DNA of 64,000 nt, taken from positions 129,626 to 193,625 of the forward strand of contig NW_002060976.1 of NCBI RefSeq assembly GCF_000150275.1, written 5' to 3'. The notes under the pieces are model-generated. The model was not told the origin of the DNA, made no database searches, and was given only the letters and a program-made list of their open reading frames with translations. A program made the position numbers and the translations under genes. Each line of letters opens with the position of its first letter. Position 1 is the stretch's first letter. Source of the stretch: Trichoplax adhaerens. Its lineage: Eukaryota > Animalia > Placozoa. Positions 63,929 through 64,000 of the stretch are shown piece by piece.

Positions 63929-64000
63929 GTCATAAATCAATATTACTCAAGTAACATTCACGCCTTCGAATAGAGTTGATAATTCGTTCAGGAACAAAAC

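Overview
AT-rich, intron-containing eukaryotic (animal) DNA. Short introns, a giant single-exon 42-aa-repeat TPR gene, intronless ADAM10-like proteases and LRR-GPCR relics suggest a placozoan (Trichoplax-like) genome; this is inferred. The first ~15 kb is a compact housekeeping block: PSMD10/gankyrin exon 1, tRNA-Leu(AAG), ICT1/MRPL58, eEF2K and an SVOP-like transporter. The rest is an accessory zone. It holds a TPR gene, three bacterial-type GNAT acetyltransferase copies (one intact), a degenerate stand-alone GAR synthetase, two truncated ADAM10-like genes, several decayed LGR genes and at least six solo-LTR-like insertions with 5-bp target-site duplications (TSDs), one nested in another. Three findings stand out. 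(1) A 9-exon gene assembled by hand, mostly missed by the ORF track, encodes signal peptide + SEA-like domain + family-B/adhesion-type 7TM with no GAIN/GPS domain and a symmetric cassette exon in the SEA cleavage loop. (2) An open frame with a BH3-like motif lies in the long first intron of eEF2K. (3) The GNAT cluster is a horizontal-transfer candidate next to an ATP-grasp relic. All gene models were translated by eye and no database searches were run.
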